From Tubiluchus corallicola (taxonomy: Eukaryota > Animalia > Priapulida): a stretch of DNA of 64,000 nucleotides. Of this stretch, positions 1 through 13,500 are shown one piece after another. Below the pieces are notes generated by a model, which was given only the letters and a program-made list of their open reading frames with translations, was not told the DNA's origin and did no database searches. How positions within the stretch are numbered: the stretch's first letter is position 1; every line of letters starts with the position of its first letter. The position numbers and the translations under genes are program-made. The stretch covers positions 1,612,001 through 1,676,000 of the forward strand of contig JAQGDQ010000003.1 in the NCBI GenBank assembly GCA_030141605.1, in the 5' to 3' direction.

Positions 1-1081
1 TTTGCATACGTTTTGCAATTTGCGTTTCACGTGTTATTTGTGTCCTCTAGGCTTTACGTCACACATTGCAGCTATAAACAATATAGGCATTGTTATATTT
101 TTATATATATGGTGAAACGGTAAACTGGCTAAGGTCAAACATCAAACTTCAGACTACTAATAACATCAAAGTAGTATAGACGCTGTTTTTTATTCTCTTT
201 TATTAATAAAGAGAGGAAAAACAACATCCACACTACGCTCTTTGTACAAAACTCCATCATTATGTAGACTTCAACTTCAAATAACAGAACGACCATGATG
301 TACATCACTTTTAAATTGCCTTAGTTTAAAGTCATTTAGAACAATTCGTGGTAAGAATTTTAATACATTTTTGAACAAATACTCGATACTAAACCAGTGA
401 GAAAAGTGAAGGAAAACAACGTATATTACTTGTTCTTAAGAGATGTAATGCAATACACGGTTGCGTTTGTAAAATCTCTGAGGCAAGTATTTTTCAATAG
501 AAAGTGAACATTTATTCGCATCACATTTTCATTAGTATCAGTGCGCTGATGTTGATGCATGCCCTCAATCGTTACACATCCAAGAAAAACAACCAAGAGT
601 TACATATTCTGATTCAGTGTGTATGCCACTAGCCTTGCATAATGAAGTCAAGAAGCCGTATACATACATGTATTCATGACAGCTACGCATTTATTTGTTC
701 AGTTACATTGTCTAAGCCGTGTCTTCGCAGCGAGTCCATTACGGTCCGGCTTAATGGCAACAGCATTAATAATTAAACATTTTTGATAGCAATTATTAAT
801 TGATGCAATCCGTAGCTGCATTATTGATGCGAATAAATGGCATCACGGCGCAATTCATCGCTATAAATTGCTATTTGGCTTAAGCGCGCGTGAGAGATAT
901 TATACTGAAGAAAATATAGTGCGTGAAGACATGTTGCATTGGCATGCGGAGAGAAATGAAAAAATGATTTATGCTTGATTAAAACGCCCACCATGTTGAA
1001 TGGGAGAACGAGGTAAACAGTTGGTAAAAACATTCTAGTAACAGAAGGTATTTAACTCGTTACAAGCATCATTGAAACTAA

Positions 1082-1254
1082 CGGCATGTTCAGACTAGCG
1101 TGTTTTCTCAACAAGTTAACTCGCAGGCGTGTTCATTTAGTGTCATACAGTTTGCGATTTCTTGCCAAAAGTAACTCGCAAAGCAGTTCACACTTGCATG
1201 TTTTCTGTCAGAGAGAAAACGCGCGACAGAAATCTCGCTAGTCTAAACGCGCCG
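1082..1254. mobile_element. MITE with about 19-bp terminal inverted repeats (PIF/Harbinger-like)
   Basis: CGGCATGTTCAGACTAGCG versus reverse complement of the right end CGGCGCGTTTAGACTAGCG (16/19); flanks taa / aaa; non-coding, 173 bp. Confidence 0.6.
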
Positions 1255-1459
1255 AAACAACCTCAAATGTTACAATTTATGCGTGTATTGCTGGTTTACA
1301 ATTTATTCAATTTAAGTTCTTGTGGATGTTGGCCCTTCAGGGTAAGAACTCTCTAAATGACAAAATGACAAATAGCTCTCATTCACAGTATTCATAAATT
1401 AAATGCACTAGTTTCATCAAGAAAGTAATTCCAAACTTAAGACGACGTCAATCAGATTT

Positions 1460-3320
1460 CACGAGTGAAACTGAAAAAACCAAACTAAAATCATAAACGC
1501 AAAATTTACTTGTTGAACTAGAAAAGCGACAAGGTTTCTGACAAACCACAGACGAAATTAATCTAATAGTTATTGTGTTAAACTAAATAATGACCATTGA
1601 ACTTAACAAATGTCAGAGTTACGGCGTCAAATTTTAGAAAATCTCCCCAAGGCTGAAAATGTTGACAAAAGTCACAGTTACTGAAGCTAGAGAGCACCGA
1701 CAGATGCCAGAAATACTCTGCTAACCTGGAAAACCAATTCAAACTACAGTGAACTGACGAACATCAAAGCTATCCCACTTAAGATAGGTTATAATGTGTT
1801 TTCATAACAAGTATTTTTCATAAAATTGACGATTTCTCTTTTCCTATCATTATATATACTTTTCCTTCTAGCAATATTCTACTTAAGATAAATTATAAGG
1901 TGTTTTCATAACAGGTATTTTTCATAAAGTTCATGATTTTTCATTTCCTGTTGTTATGTATATTTTTCCTTCTAGCAATATTCCACTTAAGATAAGTTGT
2001 AATGTGTTTTCTGGTCAATTACTTAGGTATGCAAGTTTATGTTCAAGTAAGGAGGGGTTTTTGGTTAGGGCAGCCATGTTATATAAAATTATGTCAAATA
2101 GGGGTTACTGAGTCTTCTTCAATCTTGTGAAAATGTTTTTAAAAGTCACCGTTTCTCTTATTAAGTTTGGTTGGTATTCAGTTGCCTTGACGTGATTTTG
2201 GTGATGAGAAACTTGTCTAGCCTTTTGTCGCTTTGTGGTCATGTTGCAGGAGCACCTTCTCTTTTTTGTCGTTGTAGCAGTCGGTTTACGTTGATGTTCT
2301 GTGTGTGTTTTGTATTATGTGTTATGTTTGTAGTTATCACTTTAACAGCTAAGGTTGGGCAGTCAATGTCACTGGGTCCCCGCTGGGAGAGTTTGAAGAT
2401 AGTGAGTAGGGACCGAAATCTGAATCTTTCCCGGTGACTCTTTCCCTTTGGTGCTAATTTTGTATGTGTGTGCCGTTGTAGATTGCATGGTTTGCTGTTG
2501 TTTGTCCTCTTTTTGTTGTTTGTGTGTGGTGTTGATGTCATTTGAGTTTAATTAATGTATCAGAGTGTTAAGCTAAAAAAGCCAAAATCCAGTGCAAGTA
2601 CCATCGTTACTAAATCTAAAAGCTAACTTACGAAGGGACAGAGCATTGGCCAGGCCAACGTGTCAAACTGGAGGAGTCATAAGGCTTTAACTTCAAATTT
2701 GCTGTATTAAAACCGAGAAGCCAAAACACAATGACAAAATTACTGTTAAACTAAAAAAAGCCTATCTTAAAACTGGCAAGTCTTAAAATTTGTGTATTAA
2801 ATTCGAAAAGCCAAAGAATCATCAAAATAAATGTTGAAGTACGCTTAAGTTGGGACAACATCGAGAAATGACAAACGTTAAAGTGTTAAACTGGAAAGCC
2901 AAACATAGAGATTCGAAAAACCTTTAAGTTACAGTGTTAAGCCTATAATATATCAAAGCGCCCAGTGTCTGGCGCTCCCGTCCAGTGCTCTGGAGCTGAG
3001 AAAGAACGTATATATTGTCAGCGAGTGATTTCGGTGGCGGATTCTGAAAGTCCAACGCTGGAGCTAATCATATTTTTAAGCGTCTGGCGTCAAGCGTCTG
3101 TTTCTTAGCGCAGCCTGGACCTGCGACTTATAAAATACATAAAGTAAGAAAGAAAACATTGCAAAATAAATTTGTTATCAATTATTTTGGTTTTCTGCGA
3201 AAATATAGAGATTGGCTTTATTTCAGACACTTTGATGTTATCTTACTAACCAGTGAACGCGAGAAGCCATAAAGTACTGATAAATTTTAAAATTACTGTA
3301 TTGAATTGAAAAAGATATGG
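1460..3320 (+). repeat. Degenerate minisatellite (about 45-bp period, core GTGTTAAACTRAAAAGCCAA) interrupted by other inserts
   Basis: About 12-13 diverged core copies, e.g. near 1464, 1511, 1574, 2564, 2660, 2703, 2743, 2793, 2882, 3252. Confidence 0.5.
1772..2010 (+). repeat. Tandem repeat, 104-bp unit, about 2.3 copies
   Basis: ACTTAAGATA recurs at 1777, 1881 and 1985 with similar intervening sequence. Confidence 0.85.
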
Positions 3321-6300
3321 AGTAGTGCTGTGACTGCTTGAACATACTGACGTCAATGTTGCTGTACGACAAAGTGACTCTCCTGGTAGCTACCACCCTT
3401 GTTTGATATATTTCCGTTTACACAAACTCTTTATAGTACTACTCGCGTGAAGCTAGAACAAAATGCTGCCAAAATCCCGGCGAGATTCACAGCAATTAAC
3501 ACCAGGTTTGATTGCCCATCGCCGGTGGAATACACGCTGTTATCTGCTAGATTGGCGGTTTAGGATTTGCTGGCGTGTCAGATTCAACACTTTCTACACG
3601 AGTGTCCCTCGACTCCTTAGCCATTCAGCACCAGTCTTTCCACTAATTGCCTGTCCAATTAGCAGTCACGCTTATACCAGATATCATTTCTAGCGACTCT
3701 TTGTAGAGAGCGCCGCGGGACCTGCATCTCTACTGAGAAAAGAGCTTTGTACAATTCTGCATTAGAGAAGGCTTTGTTGTGCCGCCGAACACAAATTACT
3801 TATTAACCCATGGATAAATCTATAATTATTATTGTATTGAGAGGTTTTATTGGTGTGTTTAGAAAATCAGGAGTTCAGTTATTTAATTACACACACAAAA
3901 TGAGACCAAATAATATGTTTTTTGTGTTAATACATAACAGCTGTTTATAGTTTTTAATTAGAATGTTGTATAATTTACCATTTTCCAATTTACTGTATTT
4001 TTTCAATACGATTCGGCATACTACAAGATGGAAGTCAGCACTCGCTAAATTAGATGGTTGTGGCGAGACCGGTATCTGGCTCATTATGAATGCTAATAAT
4101 CCTCTCCAACATGAACCACTAAACTGCTCTTAGTACGATGAAATTTTTACTGTGTGACTTCGATTTATGACAATAATTTTGAAGTTTGTCAGTACTGTAT
4201 GACTTTTCTTTTTAACATAATAATTTTGACGTTCGCCCATGTTGTACAACTTTGCTCTTTTTCTAGTGGACTGTGGTTGAAAAAGTGAATTTGCAGGCAC
4301 GTGCTCAAGGGGAGAGGCATGAACCCCTGTCCTATTTATTCTTCATATCAAAAGTGCCCTTTTAGTAAAAAAATGATTTTGACAAAACAAAAATTAGCAC
4401 TTGGTTTCGACTATCTATTCTACTAATACTAAATACTATTCAAAAAGATCAAACGATAGGAACCCACCTGCAGGGGGCCCAAACGAATGTAGGTACTAAA
4501 TAGTACAAGTAAATATATCACAGAAAAAATGTCACAGGTGCCACTTTTTGCATTTTCTGTTCCCTTTTTCTTGAGTTCTCATTAACATTATATCTTGCGT
4601 AATGTTCCTTTTCACGTACAATATACACATTTATTATATTCTTCAAAACTACTGTTTTAACAAAAATGTTTTATTTAACCCTTTGTTGGTATATAAAACA
4701 GTTTTAGGATATGGTGAGGCATAAGACTTCCTCGGTGCAAAGCTACTCGGGATTTTTACAGATATGCCATGAGAAGACGCCACATATACACGGTATAATG
4801 AAATTTAAAAGCGGCTAAAGATCTTATGTAAAGAGCAAAAGACAATAGGGCCATGGTGGATTCCATTGGCCCTCATTTCTATTATGTAATTTATAACTTA
4901 CAAGTAATCATTTTAGGTAGCATACTTGGTCCAATTTACAAAAGAAACACTGATAAGACCTTTTGTTCTTTTCAAAGCCAAAGTTCGTAAATGCAATAAT
5001 TGAAGTTTTCATGACATATTTTGACGGTAGATTAACCTTTGTCTTTGTAGGTAAGATGTTTGTGCCTGAATTTAATATTTTGGTTTGTAAAAACAAATTC
5101 TTGTGCTTGCACGCACACTTGACAATGGAGGGCAATTGGCCTCCGGGTTATAGGGCCACCTTTGCTAAATTTAACAAATTTTAATCCTACATCGAAACAA
5201 AATTGTTGGCAAACGTAATATCTTGCAAACGGCAAGTACATTACGCAGGCAACATCCTGCAAAAATTACAAGTCTACGTATTAATTAATAAGGAATTTGT
5301 AGGTTCTGAAATTTAAAGGGGACCGTCGGTGTACGTCACTGTGGATTTGTAGATGCTTTAGATAATTTGAAATATCTCACTCCCGGCATCTGTTATTTCA
5401 CAAATCGACCATGCCAACCTGGTATGGACAACCACACTTGTTACCTAAGTAGGAAGTCTACCGTTTCCATCATACTGCACCGTTGATGGCAAAGCTAAAG
5501 GAATGTTTATCGCAATCGAACAATAAACCGAATCAGGCAAAGATGTTTCTTGATTGCATTCGTGGCAATAACATTATCGGTTAATGAAAAATTATAGGGA
5601 ATATAATAATGTAATCTCTCCATAAAGATTACCAATTTGTACACGGGCCCGCTGAGAGCGCTTTTAATTGCTTGATCAAAATTATTAAGTCAATATAAAT
5701 GAACCAATTACAGTGCGTCCTCTGGGATGACCCATCAGAGGATAGCGTGCCAACCATGCTTGATCAAATTTGTGTCGTTCTGTCCCAGCGGAACACGGAA
5801 CAGTATACTTAGTAGTTTTACTAGCGGCAATAACTTATTCACAGAGCTGAAAGCGAGCTTCCTATCAAACTATAGGGGAAGCCAGTCATGTACACGTTCA
5901 CGGCGAGGAAAATGGTGTTAGAGTGCGTTAGTCTTGTTATTCAAAATTGCAATATAAAAAAAGGGGAATAAAATCTCTTTGTTGTTGGCACTTGCGTAAA
6001 TGATCACAATAAACTAACTACTGATATAAGAAAATGTCACTCGGGTAAAGATACGTAAGAACACGATTAGGGAAATTTTGATATTTTACATCGTTTGCAA
6101 AAATCTCAAAACATAGGACCCCATAAACAACCATTTAAGAAAGTTTTTTGTGTCGCTAAAACGACTTATCTTATCGTTCATGCAATTAACTGAGCTTTCT
6201 TAGACAAGCTAACTTGCCCTAACATTGGGAATATCAGCCCTGCATTAAACTATCGTCGTTGTCGTCTCGTATCAAAATAGTCATGATTATGATCATCAAT

Positions 6301-7859
6301 ATCGCCATCGTCGCCATCATCATCACCATTTGACACCATGTGCTCTGCTACTTTTGCTACTATTGCTTGTTCGAGTTTCTTACAATTTCTGTGTTGTAAA
6401 AAGCTTTATTTTAAAGATGAAAATTTGCTGAAATGAAAAACATGGCATTTCGGGTAAAAATCGCAATGAAGGAACTGAAACTTTTCATTAAGAAGCATGT
6501 CTTACTATGTGTCAGCTTTCGCATGTCACTAACACAAAATGCACGAGTTAAACTACAAAACTTTTATATAGGACATGTGCTTCAAAAACACAGAAGTCAG
6601 TTTATCTCTTTATAACAATAATTTCTTTAAATAAATAAAACTCTAGCAATACACCTGCGTCATGCACTGTTTCGCCCTATTTGCTTATTCCATTCATATT
6701 GAATTATCATAATCCTCTCGAGTTGGCGTTTTTACGACTTCAAAGCGCATCAATAAGTTTTTCGGCGCGGTTCAAATCTCAAAGGATTTCAATTTCTCCG
6801 TTTATTTGATAATTTGCCCATGATTATTGATATATTGCTAGTTCCATTTTCTTACTTATACTTGGTGCAGTTATTATGCCATACGCAGGGAAACGCGGGG
6901 ATATGCAGTATGCAAGTTCCGCGAATCTGGCAGTAAAGACTTTGAAAGCAAATGTAATATGTAGTAAAGGTGAAACGACATTTTAGACACATTTTAGTGG
7001 CGTTACACTGTTAAAGGAACACTGCCTTTAGTTAGTTGACTTTGTTCAATAATAATTTTAGTAGCTGTACAGCATTACTGTAAAACAGACTCGGTATAGT
7101 GCGTTGTGTATTTATTGACTAGAAACAAAACTCTTAACGTATAAATTTCATCATCATATCACATCGACATTATATTCACATTATATAGAGTGAATGTAGT
7201 GTTAGTGCAACATGCCTCTCTTTTTTATTATACGACAATCTGTGCTGTAAGTATTTTTTTAATATATTTAAACTGCATATTTTAATCACGGCAAAATGTT
7301 TTAATCACCATATAGACGTAAGCGTTATGCATTTCTTTCTACAAAAACAAAATTAGACTATATATTTCCAATAATTCACTTGCAATTTCAGTCAACAATA
7401 ATAAAGTCTAGAACCAGGCCTACGTTTCTTCCGCTAACTAATAATAATTTTCATAACAGTGCAACATGTCCGCCAATACACAACTGCAGCTAATGTTCTG
7501 AAAGAACGGCGACACGTAAGTTCTGGAGGTGTGCGAAAAGCCACGCACGCTGATTGGGCAATCAACAGAGCTTGAGTGAGTATGATTGGCATTCTGTTTG
7601 ACGTTAGTTTACTGAAGTTATAATATAAGTGGATCGACCATCCATGTCGCCCCAGACACAGCTACTCACACCAACAACACTAATTCATAATTAATAAGAG
7701 GATCATGGTGTGAAATTCACTCACTCATCTCATCTTTTATGGTTTGTGATTCCATCGTAAACCATCAAAATTGACTATCTTTAATAACATGGGATTTTTT
7801 TAAATAGTTCACAGTGTCTTACGTAGAACTTCGAAGTAATCGCCGAAAGTAACTGTCTA

Positions 7860-9060
7860 CAGTAGCTTTGTCTTACAAAGTGTTACCAAACTAGGCAGCA
7901 ATACACTACTTTATTTGGGTTTTATATTCGACCCAAATATATGGAACATATATGGCCCACCTCAGAATAACGACCCAAGTGGCTAATCACCCTCTGACCA
8001 ATTCCTAGCTCTGATACACACAAGTACATTCTACTTACAGGGCTTGAATAATCCAAAAAACATATTATAATCAAGCTCCTCAATACTTGATTGAAATTTT
8101 AAATGAATTTCGTCCCAATAACCACTATGCTCTACGTGTCCCGTTTTAAGGCCTATAATAGGCCACGACAGTTGTATAATAGTTTTTTCCAAAAAGGCAT
8201 TCGCCTATTGAATAGTTTACCAATTGAAAACAGACAGGCTGTCCTTTCTCCATTTGCCTTTAAAAGTAGATTGTTGAACCTATGGGGAGTTCGTACTAAA
8301 TCAGTATGTCCCGATTATAATGATGATCGAAGTAATAAGATTTCAACAAATAGATTCATTGCCAATTTTTGGTAATTAAAAGGTGATTTGTTTTCCAGGA
8401 ATATTATCGACGACAATCCATGTAGCTGCAACAATTCGACTGAGAGCCCGCCATTATTTTTTCGAGTGCGAAACTATGACATACACAGAACACTATTATT
8501 GGATCACCTCTGTTATTATCGGCACATAACTCAAGAATTACACGCCAACCCTAGACCTGCTATTATATACAACGACATTTTTCAGATCAGATCATCCATC
8601 CAGTGGCATTCTCTTCAAATTGTTGCAGAACTACATAAAGTCCACTTATTAACTGACTGCACGTATAATTGTATTTTAAGTTATTATGTAAACTGTCTTT
8701 CAATCAAGTACTCATTAATAAACAACTTATGCTAGAATCAACTATATGTACTGCTGTAATAATTGTAATGCTACACTACTTGTATTAATTCCACATGTAT
8801 TGGATTTCTGAATTAGGTAATGTACAACTTATTGTATGGGCTTATAGGCTTATGTACATCGAGAATCGGATCTTGTAAATTTCAATAACTTTTATTTTAA
8901 GTATTAACTAATGAACTAGTCGTATTTTTGAACTAACTACTTTGAGTTATTACATACTCGAATTAACTAATTGTATATTTCTTCACTGCACATAGTGGAA
9001 ATACTGTGATGAGTAATAGTTACTGTGTTGTAAATCCACTCAAAATAAATAAAGTTTATA
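7860..9060 (+). mobile_element. Decayed 3' end of a CR1/L2-clade-like LINE (ORF2 C-terminus plus 3' UTR)
   Basis: Frameshifted remnants YIRP (7923), YNQAPQYLIEIL (8066), QLYNSFFQKGIRLLNSLP...FKSRL and DLFSRNIIDDNPCSC...NYDIHRTLLL resemble post-RT LINE ORF2 motifs; AATAAA near 9045-9053. Boundaries approximate. Confidence 0.75.
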
Positions 9061-11865
9061 TATTACAGGGCTTGTTCCATATACACGTAGCCCGAATATC
9101 AATTTCGAATTACGACCAACTTTGTGCTTTTAATTCTCTTGCATTAATGTACGTAATTAATGATGTATTTCTAATCAACATTAATTAAATAATGACTGTG
9201 TTTTGACAGGCAGATTGTGTTTGCAGCTGCCTTTCTCTGTACATCCTCCAAAACATTACACCGGGGATTTTGTAGCCATCATCAATCACATAAAGAAGAC
9301 AGCGCAGATGAGAATGCAAAGATAGCCTTTGTTAAAGCCATTAACGTTACTCAGTAGCACTCAGGTCTATGTATACCAGTTAAAAGGACCATATAGATAC
9401 TATGTGGTTAGAAGTGTAATACAGTTATCAAGCTTAATATACATGGTGTTAGGAGTGTTAACCGGCTTTTTGAAGGGACTGTCTTCAGTAAAATATATCT
9501 ACATTATATATAAAATATTTCTACATTATATATAAAAATAAAAAGTATGTAAAATATTTCTGCTTACTAGTCAGTAGTCAGTCAGTATATGGTCACATGA
9601 AAAAATGTTGTAATACATGAACTGAACAAAAAAAAACATTATTTGCTAATGTATCGTAGCCTGTAATGTCGGAAAATATTTTACGTTACACATTGTCTAT
9701 ATTGTCATAACACTTTATATATTCGCATTGTAATTGTAAATAAATTTCGAAAGTTCACTTAATAAAGCATAATTACATCTTCTTGAAAATACTAACAAAT
9801 AATGTTGGACTTGAAAATTTTTTTTTGAAAAAACACAACATTTTTAATGTCAGTAGAGTTAGCAAATTAACTAATAATAAGCATATAGGTACATATGAGA
9901 AACGTATGTCATTGTATAATTGTATGGAATCATGAATAAAAATACTTCGCACCCTTATTTCACTACAACGTTAAAGAGATTATATCTCTAAAATTTCTAC
10001 ATGGTTGTAGAAATTATTGAGCCTTTAGTTTAAATTCAACGGAAACTAAAAACTAGTAACTGCCTAAGTTTAATTATAAAGAGAAACATTTTTTGCGCAA
10101 ACAGTAATAATTAGGCATAAAATGCGTTAATTAACAGTAAACAAATTGCAATTATTAAGTACAGCGGCTGCAAAACCCTAGAGTCGTCAACGCAATCGAA
10201 AACAATTTTATTAGATAAACAGAAACCTTAATAAATTAATACGCTTTTCTTGCTCGAGGCGGAAGTGTTGGGTAACAATCTCATTTTCTTTCCAACGACA
10301 CTCCAGCGATTTCAATAAGTGATATACAGCTATTCCTTAATAGACTTACGTGTGGCCACAGGGCACGTTTGACTTAGTGGTAAATGTACTCCAACAGATC
10401 AAAGAGATAAGTATGTGACTAGAACAATAATATTGACTATTGCATGTCTTCTTATAAAACTTACAAAACTGCATATGCATCAGTGATTCAGAACTTCAAA
10501 TTAATATTCTCTACTTCCGGTTTTTAACAGTCATAATATTTAAAGTTAAATTTTATTAAAATATAAGACATTTGAAATTAGCACTCTTTTTATTTAAATT
10601 CAAGCGGCTAATTTAGATTCTAAAAGGCCGACAAATAGCCAAGTACACGTGAAATGTCAAATACAAATATTTAATTATTTACGCAGGTTAACTTACACTA
10701 ACAGTTCGTATCTGGTTAAAAATGGTAAATGTAATTTAAAAACCAGGTTGTGCGTGTTAACTTCACACTTACCTATTAGCACAGTTTAGTTTCAAGCAGC
10801 CTATATTTAAAAAAATCAAACACCTTGTACAATTCATTTGAATCATCGGTTGAATAAAAAAATTTAATTCCTATTTAAGAATTTAGTAAAATGTTGATGC
10901 TGGTAACTTTCTCAATGTACCTAAACGTGTGCAGGCCAAATTTCTTCCTTACTCTAGTAAAACGCAAAGTATTGTAATAAGATCTGGGAACATGGGTGGT
11001 ATAGATCTTTCAATGTTTTCTATCATTTATATGTAAAATAAGCATTAGATGCATTACATACAGCGCTCATTTTCCCAAAATATTATAAAAAATGACAAAC
11101 TTTAAGGAAATTTTTACTATAAGTACTACGAGTAAAATTTTATTCACTTTTACTCCATGGCTCGTATATGACTGCATGTTTCATGTAGGAATATATATGC
11201 ATCTGAAACCATCCAGTGCTGCATGAGTTATGCATGATGTTGAATGTGGTCAGCTGACCGTTTGATCTTCAGTCACGTTTAATCTCAGACAAATGGACGT
11301 CTGACCTTGCACTCTGACATCTCTGAGGATGAAAGGAAAAGTTACTAGAAAGGTACGACATCAGCAACTCTAAATTGAATCAGATTGCTTATAGTCCCTG
11401 TTAAATGGAAAGTACAATTACTGCATAGTACAGAGTTCGCAACTGGTGGATACTTAAGAAGGACAAGCTGATTTTTCACAACGCAAAAATTTGTATAACA
11501 CGTTTAGCGAAGGTAAAGAGAACAGCAATCTGACTAGCACAAATCATGCCACAGAAATTACATTCTTCCTTAGTTCAGTTCAGTTCGTCGCCTGGCTTTT
11601 ATTCCCGTCATTATTACTTGAATCTGAAAGCCAGATGGGGTTTTATATAAGACTATTGAAATGGCTGAAAGAACCTTGAGTGGAAAGTGACAACTAGCAT
11701 GAATCACCTCTTTTCCATTTAATTTTGCCAGTCGTGCAGTTTTAGCGTCTGCACATGTCTTACATATCTCTGCGCAAATTACATTAAGAAAAGAGCTGAA
11801 TAGGACCCATTCACTGTCTCCCTAGCACTTTCCTCTTTAGTGAAATAAAAGCGTCTTGAATTGCC

Positions 11866-12145
11866 ATAATCGTCATCATCATTGCCACCACCACCACTGC
11901 CACCACGCTGCCGCCGCCGTCGTCGTCATCGTCATCATCATCTAGTTCATCATCATCGTTGCCGTCGTCGTTATCGTCACCATCATCATTATCGTTGTCG
12001 TCGTTATTGTCACCATCATTATTATCGTTGTCGTCGTTATCATCATCATTGTCATCATCGTTATCATCATCATAGTTGTCATGATCATCACTGTCATAAT
12101 CATTACTACCGTCATTATCACAATCATCATTATCGTCTTCATCTT
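11866..12145. repeat. Imperfect (CAT/CGT/CAC)n trinucleotide microsatellite
   Basis: Directly visible; explains the His/Arg- and Met/Thr-rich pseudo-ORFs. Confidence 0.95.
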
Positions 12146-13259
12146 CTAAATTAGAGGAATCATGTTAACTGCTTTCACTGCATTTACAAAATTAAAATTT
12201 CTTAAACTGAGAGAGTGTAGCTCAGAGAGTTACCAAAATATACTTCCTTGACTAAACATTCTCATTTGGGCGGCGTTGGTACTCTGATGGGCGATCTTAA
12301 AGAACTACAAATACCGGTGATAGATATTTTGAGGCCCCGTTGATACCTGGTCATTCCTGTTAGTTCAACAAGCTGCCCTATGAGCGTTCTTAGAAAACAA
12401 ATTTATCCAGTTAAAGAAAATTCCCTAGGCCTGCGTACGATTTGTTGAAGGCTTCAAATATGAAAAAAGCTACTGACACTGATGCTATTCACTAAGATGG
12501 TTTTTACGTACTTGGAACATTGTGGGGCGGTAACGTAGAACCTCCCAACGTTAGTGATTGTAGCAGGACCGAAACGTAGCTAATTATCAGAGATAACCGT
12601 GTGATGAGGCATTCAAGCCGCTGCCTGAAGTGTCTTTTATAATAATATGTTATTTACTAAATCTGGATGGGAGCTTTGCTTATATGAAACTAGATTGCAT
12701 GCAGCTGCCAATTTGTGATGCCACCATAACGTTAATACAATTATTAAGTGTGTACAAGTAGAAACAGCATGTGTTGCCGCTCGAACACCTCAATCAATGG
12801 ATATGTTTGGCAGTGAGTACAAAATGCTTGAGTCTTAAAACAGGATAACAAAATAACAAATGTTGTGCCATTCATATTTACGCATTGTTTACCCGATATA
12901 TTAACAACTGGCCTTGCAAGCACACAACATATCATTCATGCAAGCAATAGCACCAGTTTGCCAAAGTTGAAGTCACGAAGTCTCGGTGATCAAATTTGGA
13001 CAATGACATTGCGGAATGCTCAACGATAATCCTATTGCCTTTTTGCTGAATCTAACTGAATTGGCGGCCCAGGAGAGCAACAGTCATCAGTATTAGACCT
13101 TAAAACCTATTAGGACGAGACTTCGAGTACAATATTAACGGCAGATTACAATGTTATAATATACTTTTAATGGCCGCCCAAGGGAAAAGCCGCTACCATT
13201 AAACAAAGTGTGCCAACTCAAGTCGTGTGTGCTGCAGCATTTAACATTGATGTCAGAGC

Positions 13260-13261
<2 letters not shown>

Positions 13262-13305
<44 letters not shown>

Positions 13306-13500
13306 TCCCACCACCATCATCATCATCGTCGTCGTCGTCGTCGTCGTCGTTGTCATCTTCATCATCATAGCATCCGTTTTAACACATCTCTTTCCTATTT
13401 TTGTCTCTATCCCACCTCTCTTTCACCCGTTTTCTCTCTCTTTCTTTCTCTTCTCTCTCTCTTTTTCTTTCTTTCTTTCTCTCCCCTCCCTCTCTCTGTA
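13262..13500. repeat. (CAT)n(CGT)n microsatellite followed by a CT-rich tract
   Basis: Directly visible. Confidence 0.95.
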
